Shown: piece by piece, positions 38,337 to 47,010 of the stretch
Position numbering within the stretch: position 1 is the stretch's first letter
Layout: every line of letters begins with the position of its first letter
Assembly (NCBI GenBank): GCA_964555185.1
Contig: CAZKRD010000002.1
Location: 120,438-184,437, forward strand
DNA from: an uncultured Candidatus Saccharibacteria bacterium
GTDB taxonomy: Bacteria > Patescibacteriota > JAQUNI01
Direction of reading: 5' to 3'
Length of the DNA: 64,000 nt
The notes under the pieces: generated by a model
Told to the model about the DNA's origin: nothing
What the model saw: the letters and a program-made list of their open reading frames with translations, nothing else
The model's database searches: none
Translations under genes and position numbers: made by a program

Positions 38337-38375
38337 TGTCATTGCTTCGCTTGTTGTCACTCGCTCGCAATGACA
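38337..38375. repeat. TGTCATTGC...GCAATGACA repeat, copy 2
   Basis: 9-bp perfect terminal inverted repeat. Confidence 0.7.
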
Positions 38376-38387
38376 GATCGACATGTT

Positions 38388-38591
38388 TCAGCAGGGGTCT
38401 TCTTCAGCTTCCAGCTTTTCCAGTATTCTTATTTGATTATCTTCCAGGCGGTTCGAAGCTCTCTTCAAATACTGAAGATCAGCCTCGAGATTGCTCGATT
38501 TTCCTCCTCCAAAGCAACAGTAGACTCCGCATCCGGAGAACAGAAGCAAAGCGATTAAGATCAAGCAGATTGCTGCAATTCTCGTTTTCAT
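38388..38591 (-). CDS. Small putative lipoprotein
   Basis: FSGC lipobox, GGAGGTG RBS, TAATG overlap with the upstream gene. Confidence 0.5.
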   Translation of the reverse strand: MKTRIAAICLILIALLLFSGCGVYCCFGGGKSSNLEADLQYLKRASNRLEDNQIRILEKLEAEEDPC

Positions 38592-39403
38592 TACCAACAA
38601 CACCTCCTTTCCAGTTTCTGTGACGGGATATAAGCCATTTTGACCAAGATCCGATTTTCATCCTGGTCAACATCAATCCTTCCAGTCTGCAAGTTTTTCT
38701 CTTTGTGCCTCACCCGCGCCCAAGAAACCTCTACGAAACTATTCTTTCGCATCAGTTTCAGATAAAGTCCTGCTTGGGGCCGGTAGGTCCCCTTATAATT
38801 CCGGTTATGATAGTGAACCCAGATAAACTGCGGTCCAATTTCAACAACCTTGTGGGGAGTCAATCCTATTCGCACAACAGCTTCATTATAGACGCTGTCA
38901 AGTCTCAAACCCCTTAATCTTCCAAGATCAGAGGTTGAATAGGCAGCTTCTACAACTACTGGTTTTTGCCTAAAACCCATTTGAGCAGCGAAACGATTTG
39001 AACTGAAGTCCAGGTTATGTTTCGTCTTAACCTCATCCCAGATAAGGATATGAAACCATTTCCAGTAAGAAAAGGCTTCTAGATTAAGATTGTAACCTAG
39101 CAGTTCTTCGCCCTTTCCTTCTTGCAGGCTCTGGGCGCTCCAATACTCATAATCGATTCTTTGCCACATCACTCCGCCATCCAGATTAAGTCTGAGTGGG
39201 ATTTTCCATGGTCGCTTTGTAGCAATACCTATGGCCACGGTGTCCTCGTTGAGGAAATTGTGGGCTACCCCAATCTCCAGCTGCGCTAGATCAGTGAGAG
39301 GAATAGCAACACCTATATTACAAGCAGCTTCATTTTCTTCTGCCTGCGTCGTTAGTCCAGTTAACAAGAACATTATTGCTGTAATAATCAAACATTTTCT
39401 CAT
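38591..39403 (-). CDS. Secreted beta-strand-rich hypothetical protein
   Basis: Signal peptide (TQA|EE), alternating amphipathic strands, GGAGG RBS. Confidence 0.6.
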   Translation of the reverse strand: MRKCLIITAIMFLLTGLTTQAEENEAACNIGVAIPLTDLAQLEIGVAHNFLNEDTVAIGIATKRPWKIPLRLNLDGGVMWQRIDYEYWSAQSLQEGKGEELLGYNLNLEAFSYWKWFHILIWDEVKTKHNLDFSSNRFAAQMGFRQKPVVVEAAYSTSDLGRLRGLRLDSVYNEAVVRIGLTPHKVVEIGPQFIWVHYHNRNYKGTYRPQAGLYLKLMRKNSFVEVSWARVRHKEKNLQTGRIDVDQDENRILVKMAYIPSQKLERRCCW

Positions 39404-39613
39404 CCTTTACCTCCGTTTCGTTGATTTTAGATATCTTAAACTGTTAACTCGCCATTATATATAATTACCCTCACCTTTTGAGAGAACCACCTGCTTTGGT
39501 ACGCATCCCTCTCTAGAAAATTTTCGAAATTCGTTTTCTAGAAAGCGGGACAAGTGATTCCCCAAAAAGTGAAGGCAATTATTTTTTTGGAAAAGAACGA
39601 AATATATTAAAAC

Positions 39614-40372
39614 TTATCGATTGATGATTTTAAGCCCTCCGATATAACCGCCAGAGTTATTGTTAACCTCTTCCTCTTGAAGATTCTTTTCTGGCTCTGG
39701 CGCTATTTCCTTTTTTTCTTTGTAGGTTTCTTTCTTTGGACGTTTCTTTTTTTTCTTTTCAGGCTTTCCCATATTCCAGGCAATGTAAATAGCCGAAATT
39801 ACTAAACCGACAAAAAAGCTTAAAATAGTATTTAAAAGCAGATTGGGCTTGACTGGTCTTTCAGAAACCAAAGGGGTATCAATCACTAAAACATTAACTT
39901 GATCACCAAGATTGTAATACTTTTTGCCTTTATCAGAGAAAACATAGATAATCGCATTAGCAATCTTTCTGGTTTCTTTTTCTGAAGGGTGATAGACACT
40001 AATTTCAATAATACTTGTGTCCGTAGTGACTCGAGAATCAACCATATTTGCCCATTTTTTTCTCAAATCCTTTTCTTTGGTTGGAAAATAGGCTTTATCA
40101 ATAGGGAATCCTGAATTTAGGACATCTTTTTGAAAGGCGCTGCTTTTAATTATTTTTGCAAGCAGAACAGCCAGTCTTTCTGCTGATTGACTGGCTTGGT
40201 ACATATCTAAATTAAAGGTTGCTTTTTGGCTAACTAGAATACTGGCTTTGGCTCTGTAAAGCGGTTCGCGAAGAAAGCTGGTGATTAAGCTGATTGCCAT
40301 TACAACCAGGACAATAATCACAATTGCTCTGTAATCGTAGCGGATTTTTCCAAGATATTGTTTGAAATTCAT
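39614..40372 (-). CDS. Wzz/YveK-like polysaccharide chain-length determinant
   Basis: Two TM helices; P.Y.A.A.ILV, PVKPN..LN. Confidence 0.8.
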   Translation of the reverse strand: MNFKQYLGKIRYDYRAIVIIVLVVMAISLITSFLREPLYRAKASILVSQKATFNLDMYQASQSAERLAVLLAKIIKSSAFQKDVLNSGFPIDKAYFPTKEKDLRKKWANMVDSRVTTDTSIIEISVYHPSEKETRKIANAIIYVFSDKGKKYYNLGDQVNVLVIDTPLVSERPVKPNLLLNTILSFFVGLVISAIYIAWNMGKPEKKKKKRPKKETYKEKKEIAPEPEKNLQEEEVNNNSGGYIGGLKIINR

Positions 40373-40393
40373 GGGTTTTTTAACAAAGAGATT

Positions 40394-40422
40394 ATTCTAA
40401 GACATAATAAAAAATCTGTCAA
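40394..40422 (-). promoter_or_regulatory. Sigma70-like promoter
   Basis: TTGACA-N17-TAGAAT. Confidence 0.65.
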
Positions 40423-40501
40423 GGTTTTGACAGGATTGTTTAATCAAAGGATTAGAGGGTTAACGGATTATCCAATCTTTTGTTAATCCGTAAGCCGTTA
40501 A

Positions 40502-41776
40502 TTAATTGTCTTTCATTTTTCCCAAAGTAACTTTAATTTCTAAAGTTTTTTTGTTTCTTAGAACCGTCAATATAACTTCATCATTTGGTTTATATTTTTG
40601 GAGCAAACCCACAAGAGAATGATTTTCGTTTATTTCATATTCATTGATTTTGGTAATGATATCAAGCTCTTTTAATCCAGCTTTCTGGGCGGGCGAGCCG
40701 GGCACGATCGGCAGAAGATCAGGATCACCAGTATAAATCAAGATTCCGTTATTTGTTGCTAACTGATTTAGGGAGGCAAATTCCGGGGTGATTGGGATAT
40801 AACGGATGCCGATAAGGGGCCGGATGATTTTGCCTTCGCGGATCACGCTTTCAATCACAGTTTTAACATTGTCAATCGGGATTGCGAATCCGACGAGTTG
40901 ACCATTAGCGTCAATCGCCGTGTTAATGCCAATTACTTGACCACTTAGGTTAATCAGCGGTCCGCCGGAATTACCGGGATTGATCGCGGCATCGGTCTGG
41001 ATGACGTCCTCTAGGCTTTCGGTTTGAAATAATCCATTGCCGGCTTTTATTGAGCGGCTGATTCCAGAAACCACGCCGGCGGTTACTGTGTTTTGGTATT
41101 CGCCTAAGGTGTTGCCGATCGCGATCACTCTTTGTCCTACTTCTAAATCAGTAGAGTTGCCTAAATCCACGACAGGCAAGTTTTCAGCCTCGATTTTAAT
41201 AATTGCGAAATCATTAGAGGGATCGCGCGCGATTACTTTTGCTTTGTAGCTTTTTCCTTCTTGGGTGATTACAGTGTAAGTGGCTTGTTCTTCTGCAACA
41301 ACATGTTTGTTGGTAGCGATTAATCCATCATTAGTGATGATAAAACCGGTGCCGCCCGTTTTTTGCTGGTAGATATTGCCGAAAAAGCCGCGGAAGTCCC
41401 TTTCGCTTACGATATTGACCACGGCGGGCGAAATTTTTTTGACCGCTTGAATAATGCCGGATTCTTCGGTAACCGTGATTTTTTCACTTTTTTCAATCAC
41501 CACTGGCTGGTCTGTCTGCAAAAAGCTTATTTTTTCCAAAGCGGGAATAGTGGAAAGGCGGGGCAGAATAAATCTATCCATCGCAATATTAGAGAAAGCC
41601 CCCGCAATAAAAGCAATAATCAGAATGAGCAAAAAGAAGCTTGCGCGGGAAAGACAGAATCCACTTTTAGTTTTTGGAATTTTTGTTCTGCCTGAAACCG
41701 CAGGTAGTCTCATTTGAGTGGAATGAGCTCCGGTTTGAATAGATTTTATTTGGATATCTTTGAGATTATCGCGCAT
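40502..41776 (-). CDS. htrA: HtrA/DegP serine protease with PDZ domain
   Basis: GTGFII, TNKHVV, QTDAAINPGNSGGPL, GSPA.KAGL. Confidence 0.93.
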   Translation of the reverse strand: MRDNLKDIQIKSIQTGAHSTQMRLPAVSGRTKIPKTKSGFCLSRASFFLLILIIAFIAGAFSNIAMDRFILPRLSTIPALEKISFLQTDQPVVIEKSEKITVTEESGIIQAVKKISPAVVNIVSERDFRGFFGNIYQQKTGGTGFIITNDGLIATNKHVVAEEQATYTVITQEGKSYKAKVIARDPSNDFAIIKIEAENLPVVDLGNSTDLEVGQRVIAIGNTLGEYQNTVTAGVVSGISRSIKAGNGLFQTESLEDVIQTDAAINPGNSGGPLINLSGQVIGINTAIDANGQLVGFAIPIDNVKTVIESVIREGKIIRPLIGIRYIPITPEFASLNQLATNNGILIYTGDPDLLPIVPGSPAQKAGLKELDIITKINEYEINENHSLVGLLQKYKPNDEVILTVLRNKKTLEIKVTLGKMKDN

Positions 41777-41861
41777 ATTTTTGAATTAGAATTGTCTAAT
41801 CGGCAGACTAGAAATTCTGATAATTTGTTAACCCGTTAATTCGCAAAATTCGTTAATCGAT

Positions 41862-42671
41862 TCACTGCGGCTTCCACTGGGCTGTTGCGAGCACCGATGT
41901 GATTACGATCACAGCAATACTGAAATAGACCTTGATCAATTTTCTGGTCAGAGCTTCCCGTGAATAGTGTTCTAGGATACCTAAGATGATGTAAAAACTG
42001 GCCATCAGGACAATGCTGTTTGCAATATAATTGGTCGGCCAAAAGCTCAATGACCAGAAGATTTGGGCGAGACCCAAAGAAATCACATTGGCATAGACCA
42101 AAGCTCTTCTTGGTGGAAATATTTCACTAAGGAATTGCCAGGCAAGCAGAAAGATGATTACTACAGCGACAATCAGCGTCTGCCAAATCGCGAAAGAAAG
42201 GAGATAGATTATACCAAAAAGACTGCTTAAAGCAAAAAAAGCAGTTAGGAGGATTAGGGCTTGATTGACGGTTAGAATAATTCTTCTTCTTTTGTCTTGT
42301 TCTGATTTCAAGATTACCTGCTTTTTGCTTTCAGCATGATAATGGCTCAAAACAGAGATATTATTCAAAACAATAGCCAAAACAATACTGATCCCAAAAA
42401 GAAAGATGTGCTGGGTTAAGCTTTTTTGGGCGAGGACAAAAAGAGAGAGACTGGCTAATGTATAAAGAGTTGGCAGAATCAGGTAGGAGAGCTTTTTTAA
42501 TTTTTTGGTCTGCCAAAATCCACTCAAATAAAGAGAGGATAAAATCACGACCGCGATTAAAATAATAAAAAGCCACCAGAATAGTTCTGGCTTCTGGATT
42601 ATCGTTTCCATTATAGCGAACATAGCGAGAACAGGAATCGCAATCGCGGTTTTGGAGAGAAAAGCGCTCAT
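41862..42671 (-). CDS. Multi-pass membrane protein (DUF5656-like)
   Basis: About 9 TM helices; W.LSFWP, C-terminal A.W. Confidence 0.6.
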   Translation of the reverse strand: MSAFLSKTAIAIPVLAMFAIMETIIQKPELFWWLFIILIAVVILSSLYLSGFWQTKKLKKLSYLILPTLYTLASLSLFVLAQKSLTQHIFLFGISIVLAIVLNNISVLSHYHAESKKQVILKSEQDKRRRIILTVNQALILLTAFFALSSLFGIIYLLSFAIWQTLIVAVVIIFLLAWQFLSEIFPPRRALVYANVISLGLAQIFWSLSFWPTNYIANSIVLMASFYIILGILEHYSREALTRKLIKVYFSIAVIVITSVLATAQWKPQ

Positions 42672-45001
42672 AACTCAATATTTTTAGTTAAAAATTCCAC
42701 AATTTTTTTTTGTTCTTCTGGCAGATTAAGTTTTACTTTTCTTTTTTCTGTCCGGATTCTGGTTACGGCTTCCTGAATTCTGTTAAATTCTTTTTCTACT
42801 TTTAGATTGCGGTATTCTTTTTGGAATTCTGGCCAAGGGCTGACAATTAAATCCGTCTTTTCCAGTTTTTGGTATACCTCTTCAGTGATAAAAGGAATAA
42901 AGGGGTGGAGCATCCTTAAGCTGTCTTTCAGGACTGTTCTTAAAACAAAATTTACTTTTTTGGACTCTTTTTTTGTTACAGAATTGGACGATCGTCCAGA
43001 TTTGTAACGTTTGCTTTTTTGCTGGTTGTAAATTCTCTGTTTTGCGATTTCTAAATACCAATCACAGAGTTCATTCCAGAAAAAGCGGTAGAGTCTTCTT
43101 GCCGCGCGGGCAACCTGATAGGTTTCTAAGGAATCACTAACTTTTTTGATTGTATAATGCAGGCGAGAAAGAATCCACTGATCGCTTGGGTGGCTTGAAG
43201 GTTTTTTTGGTTTTTGTGCCGGTTTTGTGTTGTGAATAACAAATTTAGACGCATTATGGACTTTGGTTGTGAAGTTGCGGCCGGCTTTAATCGCGTCTTC
43301 CATTGCCTGTTTGCTCATTGCGATATCGCGGCCCGGGTAGGCCATTCGGGCAAGGGCGAAGCGCAAGGAGTCGGCAGAATATTTTTGAATCATCAATAAA
43401 GGATCCACGCCGTTGTTTAGCGATTTGCTCATCTTGCGCCCTTGTTCGTCGCGGAGCGTGCCATGGATAAAGACCGTTTTAAAAGGCGCTCTCTTTCCGA
43501 ATTTGATTCCCAAGATAATCATTCGGCAGATCCAAAGATAAAGAATACCCGGGGCAGTGATCATCAGGTCAGAGGGGTAATATTTTTTAAGATCAGCGCT
43601 TTTGCGGTCAGGCCAGCCCAAGGCTGAAAGAGGCCAGAGGCCTGATGAAAACCAGGTATCTAAAACATCGGTTTCTTGTTTGATTTTGCTCCCGCCGCAT
43701 TTTGGGCATTTTTTTGGTTTTTTAGCACTCACAATCGGCGGGCATTTTTTCTCTTTGCAATAATAGACTGGCATTGGATGGCCCCAGACAAGCTGGCGGG
43801 AGATGCACCAGTCATGGATATTGGAAAGCCAGAGAAGAGCTTGTTTCCCATACCTTTCCGGTAGGAATTTAACATCGCCTTTTTTGATTGCTGTAATTGC
43901 AGGTTTTGATAACCCTTTCATTTTTACAAACCATTGTTTCGAGATTTGGGGTTCAATAATACTCTTACAACGTTCACAAAAAGCAACCGAATGTTTAATC
44001 TCTTCTGTCTTTTTAAGGTAGCCTTGTTTTTGAAGATCATTAATCACAATCTGCCGTGCTTGATTGACAGATAGACCATTGTATTTCTCTGGCACATTGA
44101 TCATTTTGCCATCGCGATTAATCACTAGAGGTTTTTCCAAGTTATGGCGCTCTCCAATTTCATAGTCAGTTAGATCATGAGCAGGTGTTACCTTAACCGC
44201 CCCTGTGCCGAATTTAGGATCAACCACTTGGTCTGTCACAATCGGGATTTTGCGGTTAACTAGAGGCAGAGTCACTTTTTCGCCAACCAGATCTTTGTAA
44301 CGTTTATCATCTGGATGGACAGCTACAGCTGTATCTCCTAGCATAGTCTCTGGTCTTGTGGTCGCGACTGTAATTTTTTGATCCTCGTTTAAGGGATAGT
44401 CAATATAGTAGAGTTTGCCCTTTTGTTCTTTGTATTCTAATTCTAAGTCTGTGATCGCGGTGTTGCATTTGGGGCACCAGTGGACAATGTAGCGGCCGCG
44501 ATAAATCAGTTTGTCACGGTAAAGGCGGATAAATTCTTCCTGCACTGCCTTGCATGGACCGGGATCCAAAGTAAAGGTTTTGCGGGACCAGTCAGCTGAC
44601 TCGCCCAAGGCTTTTGATTGCTCTAGAATCTTTTTTTCATAAATCCGCGCCCACTTCCAAATGTATTTTAGAAATTCCTTCCGCCCCAGATCCTCATGTG
44701 TTTTACTCTCTTCTTTTTGGAGTTTTTTCTCCATTGTTCCCTGCATTTGAATACCGGCATGGTCAACACCGGGCAGCCACAGGGTGTCAAAACCCTGCAT
44801 TCTTTTGGCGCGAATTAAGATATCCGTGATCGTGTGCTGCAGAGCATGGCCTAGATGGAGTTCGCCGGTTAGGTTTGGCGGCGGCATAATCATCACAAAA
44901 GGCTTTTTTTTGGATCGGTTATTGGCGCGAAAATAATTTTTTCGGTGCCAATAATCATACCACCTTTTTTCAGTTTTAGAAGGATTATATTTTTTATCCA
45001 T
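42668..45001 (-). CDS. valS: Valine--tRNA ligase (short C-terminus)
   Basis: PPPNLTG.LHLGH, ATTRPET, DWCISRQ, DVLDTWFSS, KMSKS. Confidence 0.96.
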   Translation of the reverse strand: MDKKYNPSKTEKRWYDYWHRKNYFRANNRSKKKPFVMIMPPPNLTGELHLGHALQHTITDILIRAKRMQGFDTLWLPGVDHAGIQMQGTMEKKLQKEESKTHEDLGRKEFLKYIWKWARIYEKKILEQSKALGESADWSRKTFTLDPGPCKAVQEEFIRLYRDKLIYRGRYIVHWCPKCNTAITDLELEYKEQKGKLYYIDYPLNEDQKITVATTRPETMLGDTAVAVHPDDKRYKDLVGEKVTLPLVNRKIPIVTDQVVDPKFGTGAVKVTPAHDLTDYEIGERHNLEKPLVINRDGKMINVPEKYNGLSVNQARQIVINDLQKQGYLKKTEEIKHSVAFCERCKSIIEPQISKQWFVKMKGLSKPAITAIKKGDVKFLPERYGKQALLWLSNIHDWCISRQLVWGHPMPVYYCKEKKCPPIVSAKKPKKCPKCGGSKIKQETDVLDTWFSSGLWPLSALGWPDRKSADLKKYYPSDLMITAPGILYLWICRMIILGIKFGKRAPFKTVFIHGTLRDEQGRKMSKSLNNGVDPLLMIQKYSADSLRFALARMAYPGRDIAMSKQAMEDAIKAGRNFTTKVHNASKFVIHNTKPAQKPKKPSSHPSDQWILSRLHYTIKKVSDSLETYQVARAARRLYRFFWNELCDWYLEIAKQRIYNQQKSKRYKSGRSSNSVTKKESKKVNFVLRTVLKDSLRMLHPFIPFITEEVYQKLEKTDLIVSPWPEFQKEYRNLKVEKEFNRIQEAVTRIRTEKRKVKLNLPEEQKKIVEFLTKNIEL
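42973..43012. repeat. 40-bp palindromic repeat in frame inside valS
   Basis: Core tggacgatcgtcca; homologous to 25374-25413. Confidence 0.85.
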
Positions 45002-45021
45002 GGTTTGATTGTGATATTATT

Positions 45022-45050
45022 ATTCTAGTCCAGATACAATGAGTTGGCAA
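45022..45050 (-). promoter_or_regulatory. Sigma70-like promoter for valS
   Basis: TTGCCA-N17-TAGAAT. Confidence 0.6.
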
Positions 45051-45132
45051 GCTCAAAAATTTGGTTTATTTGGGTTTTTGAGGTAGAATTGTATAGAGTC
45101 AATTTTTTATTTTTTAATTTTTATTGAAATCT

Positions 45133-46281
45133 ATGGCTAAGAAATTAAAAGTCGGCGTTCTTTTTGGCGGTAAATCAGCAGAACACGAGGTCTCCTTGGT
45201 TTCCGCCCAGTCAGTGATTGAAAATTTGAATAAAAATAAATACGAAGTGATTCCGATTGGAATCACTCGGGAAGGCAAATGGATTTCTGCTGGCAAGCCC
45301 CTGGAATATTTGAAAAAAGGTCGAAAGAATAAAATCCGTAAAAATGCTCTACCGGGCGTTAGAAAAAATAACGTAGGGGCGCGCCGTGGCGCGCCCGCTT
45401 CAGAGCTTGCCACAACAGCGCGCGTGAAAAATTACCCAAAAATAGACGTTATTTTCCCGGTGCTTCATGGTACTTATGGTGAAGACGGTACGGTTCAAGG
45501 GTTTTTAGAGCTTGCTGATATCCCCTATGTCGGAGCTGGTGTTTTAGGATCGGCGTTGGGCATGGATAAGGTGATTCAAAAGAAGCTTTTCAAAGCGCAT
45601 AATTTGCCCGTGGTTCCCTGTTTAGCTTTTGCCCGTAAACAGATTTTAGAACGCCTGGATCCGGAGGTGGTAAAAAAGATTGAAAGAGAGTTAGGCTATC
45701 CTTGTTTTACTAAGCCGGCGAACCTCGGTTCTTCAGTGGGTATTTTTAAAGCGCATACGAGAAGAGAGCTCCAATATATGATTAAAAAATCCGCGCGCTT
45801 TGACCGCAAAATCATTGTGGAAAAGGCCGTACCCAACGCGCGCGAGATTGAGGTTGCGGTTTTAGGCAATGGCGATCCAGGGGTTTCGGTCTGCGGCGAG
45901 ATTATTTCCTCTAACGAGTTCTATGATTATGATGCCAAGTATGTTGACGGTAAGAGTAAAGCGATTATTCCGGCCAAAATTTCAAAAAGAGTAAGTAACA
46001 AGATTCGCGAGATCGCAAAAAAAGCTTTTTTGGCCTTGGATTGCGCTGGCATGTCCCGAGTGGATTTTTTGGTGGACGGTAAAACCAATAAGATTTATCT
46101 AAGCGAACTGAACACGATCCCTGGTTTTACTTCAATCTCAATGTATCCCAAACTCTGGCAGGCGTCCGGTCTTTCCTATCCTCGTCTTTTGGATCAACTG
46201 ATCCGGCTTGCCATGGCTCGTCACTGCGATAAACAAAAAACCGAAACCATGGTACAATTAAAAAAGGATTGGTATCGGTGA
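45133..46281 (+). CDS. ddl: D-alanine--D-alanine ligase
   Basis: GGKSAEHEVS, LHG.YGEDG, GSSVG, YDYDAKY, ELNT.PG. Confidence 0.96.
   Translation: MAKKLKVGVLFGGKSAEHEVSLVSAQSVIENLNKNKYEVIPIGITREGKWISAGKPLEYLKKGRKNKIRKNALPGVRKNNVGARRGAPASELATTARVKNYPKIDVIFPVLHGTYGEDGTVQGFLELADIPYVGAGVLGSALGMDKVIQKKLFKAHNLPVVPCLAFARKQILERLDPEVVKKIERELGYPCFTKPANLGSSVGIFKAHTRRELQYMIKKSARFDRKIIVEKAVPNAREIEVAVLGNGDPGVSVCGEIISSNEFYDYDAKYVDGKSKAIIPAKISKRVSNKIREIAKKAFLALDCAGMSRVDFLVDGKTNKIYLSELNTIPGFTSISMYPKLWQASGLSYPRLLDQLIRLAMARHCDKQKTETMVQLKKDWYR
45373..45396 (+). repeat. GTAG-type REP palindrome inside ddl
   Basis: GTAG + GGGCGCGCC-GT-GGCGCGCCC perfect 9-bp stem. Confidence 0.75.
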
Positions 46282-46288
46282 TGAATTA

Positions 46289-46341
46289 TGAATAATGCCA
46301 CCAATTCCGGGTGGTCACCTAGAATCGGTGAAATTTTGAAT
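46289..46341. repeat. 53-bp palindromic dispersed repeat, copy 2 (inverted)
   Basis: Reverse complement of 22981-23033, 2 mismatches. Confidence 0.9.
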
Positions 46342-46370
46342 TTTGAGTTTTGAATAAATCAAAATAAAAT

Positions 46371-46711
46371 ATGGGCGTTATTAGCCATCGAGAAATAGGT
46401 ATGGTCAGAAGGTATGCAAGCACAAGCAATTAGCACAAAACGAAGTTCAAATTTGCCTCTTAGAGGAAGCTGAAAGACAATTAGAAATATTTGTTAAATA
46501 TGCCACGGATTATTTTAACAAGCGACATAGTTCTTTTGGGGCTGAAATTATTAGTAAACACAAAGAGATTTTAGAGATTATTCAAGAGGTTTTGAAAAAT
46601 AAAAAAAGAAAGCTATCAACAAAGACGGTAAGATCAAGAGACCGCACGGGGATTTTTAAGCTAATTACAGATTGGAGCAGCCAGCAGCGGGCTTTCGAGA
46701 TAGCAGCTTGA
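46371..46711 (+). pseudogene. Frameshifted hypothetical ORF (about 113 aa if one base is restored)
   Basis: ATG frame stops after 20 aa; an overlapping frame is open for about 100 codons to TGA 46711. Confidence 0.45.
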
Positions 46712-46720
46712 ATTTTTGGG

Positions 46721-46978
46721 TTATTTGACTCCTTGAATTTCCTGCAACCTGAAGCTGTTCCCTTTTATTTTTTTGATTTCAATTTTTGCTTTTTGGGCTG
46801 GGGTGTTTTGAGAAAGGAGGCTTAGATTAAATTTCAAATTATCCGAAGACAGCGCTTCGCTGTGCTCTTCAATTTCGCCAAGTTCTAGTTTGATTTTGGT
46901 GATTTTTTTTAAATGATTTTTACGGCCGTATTCCAAAACTTGCTTTAGGATTCGGCCAGCAGCGTGTAAGTCGTGCAT
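46721..46978 (-). CDS. hypA: HypA-like nickel chaperone lacking the Zn-finger
   Basis: MHD N-terminus, I.LELG, L.FN; no Cys residues. Confidence 0.75.
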   Translation of the reverse strand: MHDLHAAGRILKQVLEYGRKNHLKKITKIKLELGEIEEHSEALSSDNLKFNLSLLSQNTPAQKAKIEIKKIKGNSFRLQEIQGVK

Positions 46979-47010
46979 AAGTTATGAATTATGAATCATG
47001 AATTTTGCAT

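Noticed and set aside
38067-38676. Overlapping alternative ORFs 38067-38558(+), 38336-38623(+), 38479-38676(-)
   Set aside because: Antisense or alternate-frame shadows of genes that have an RBS and signal peptide
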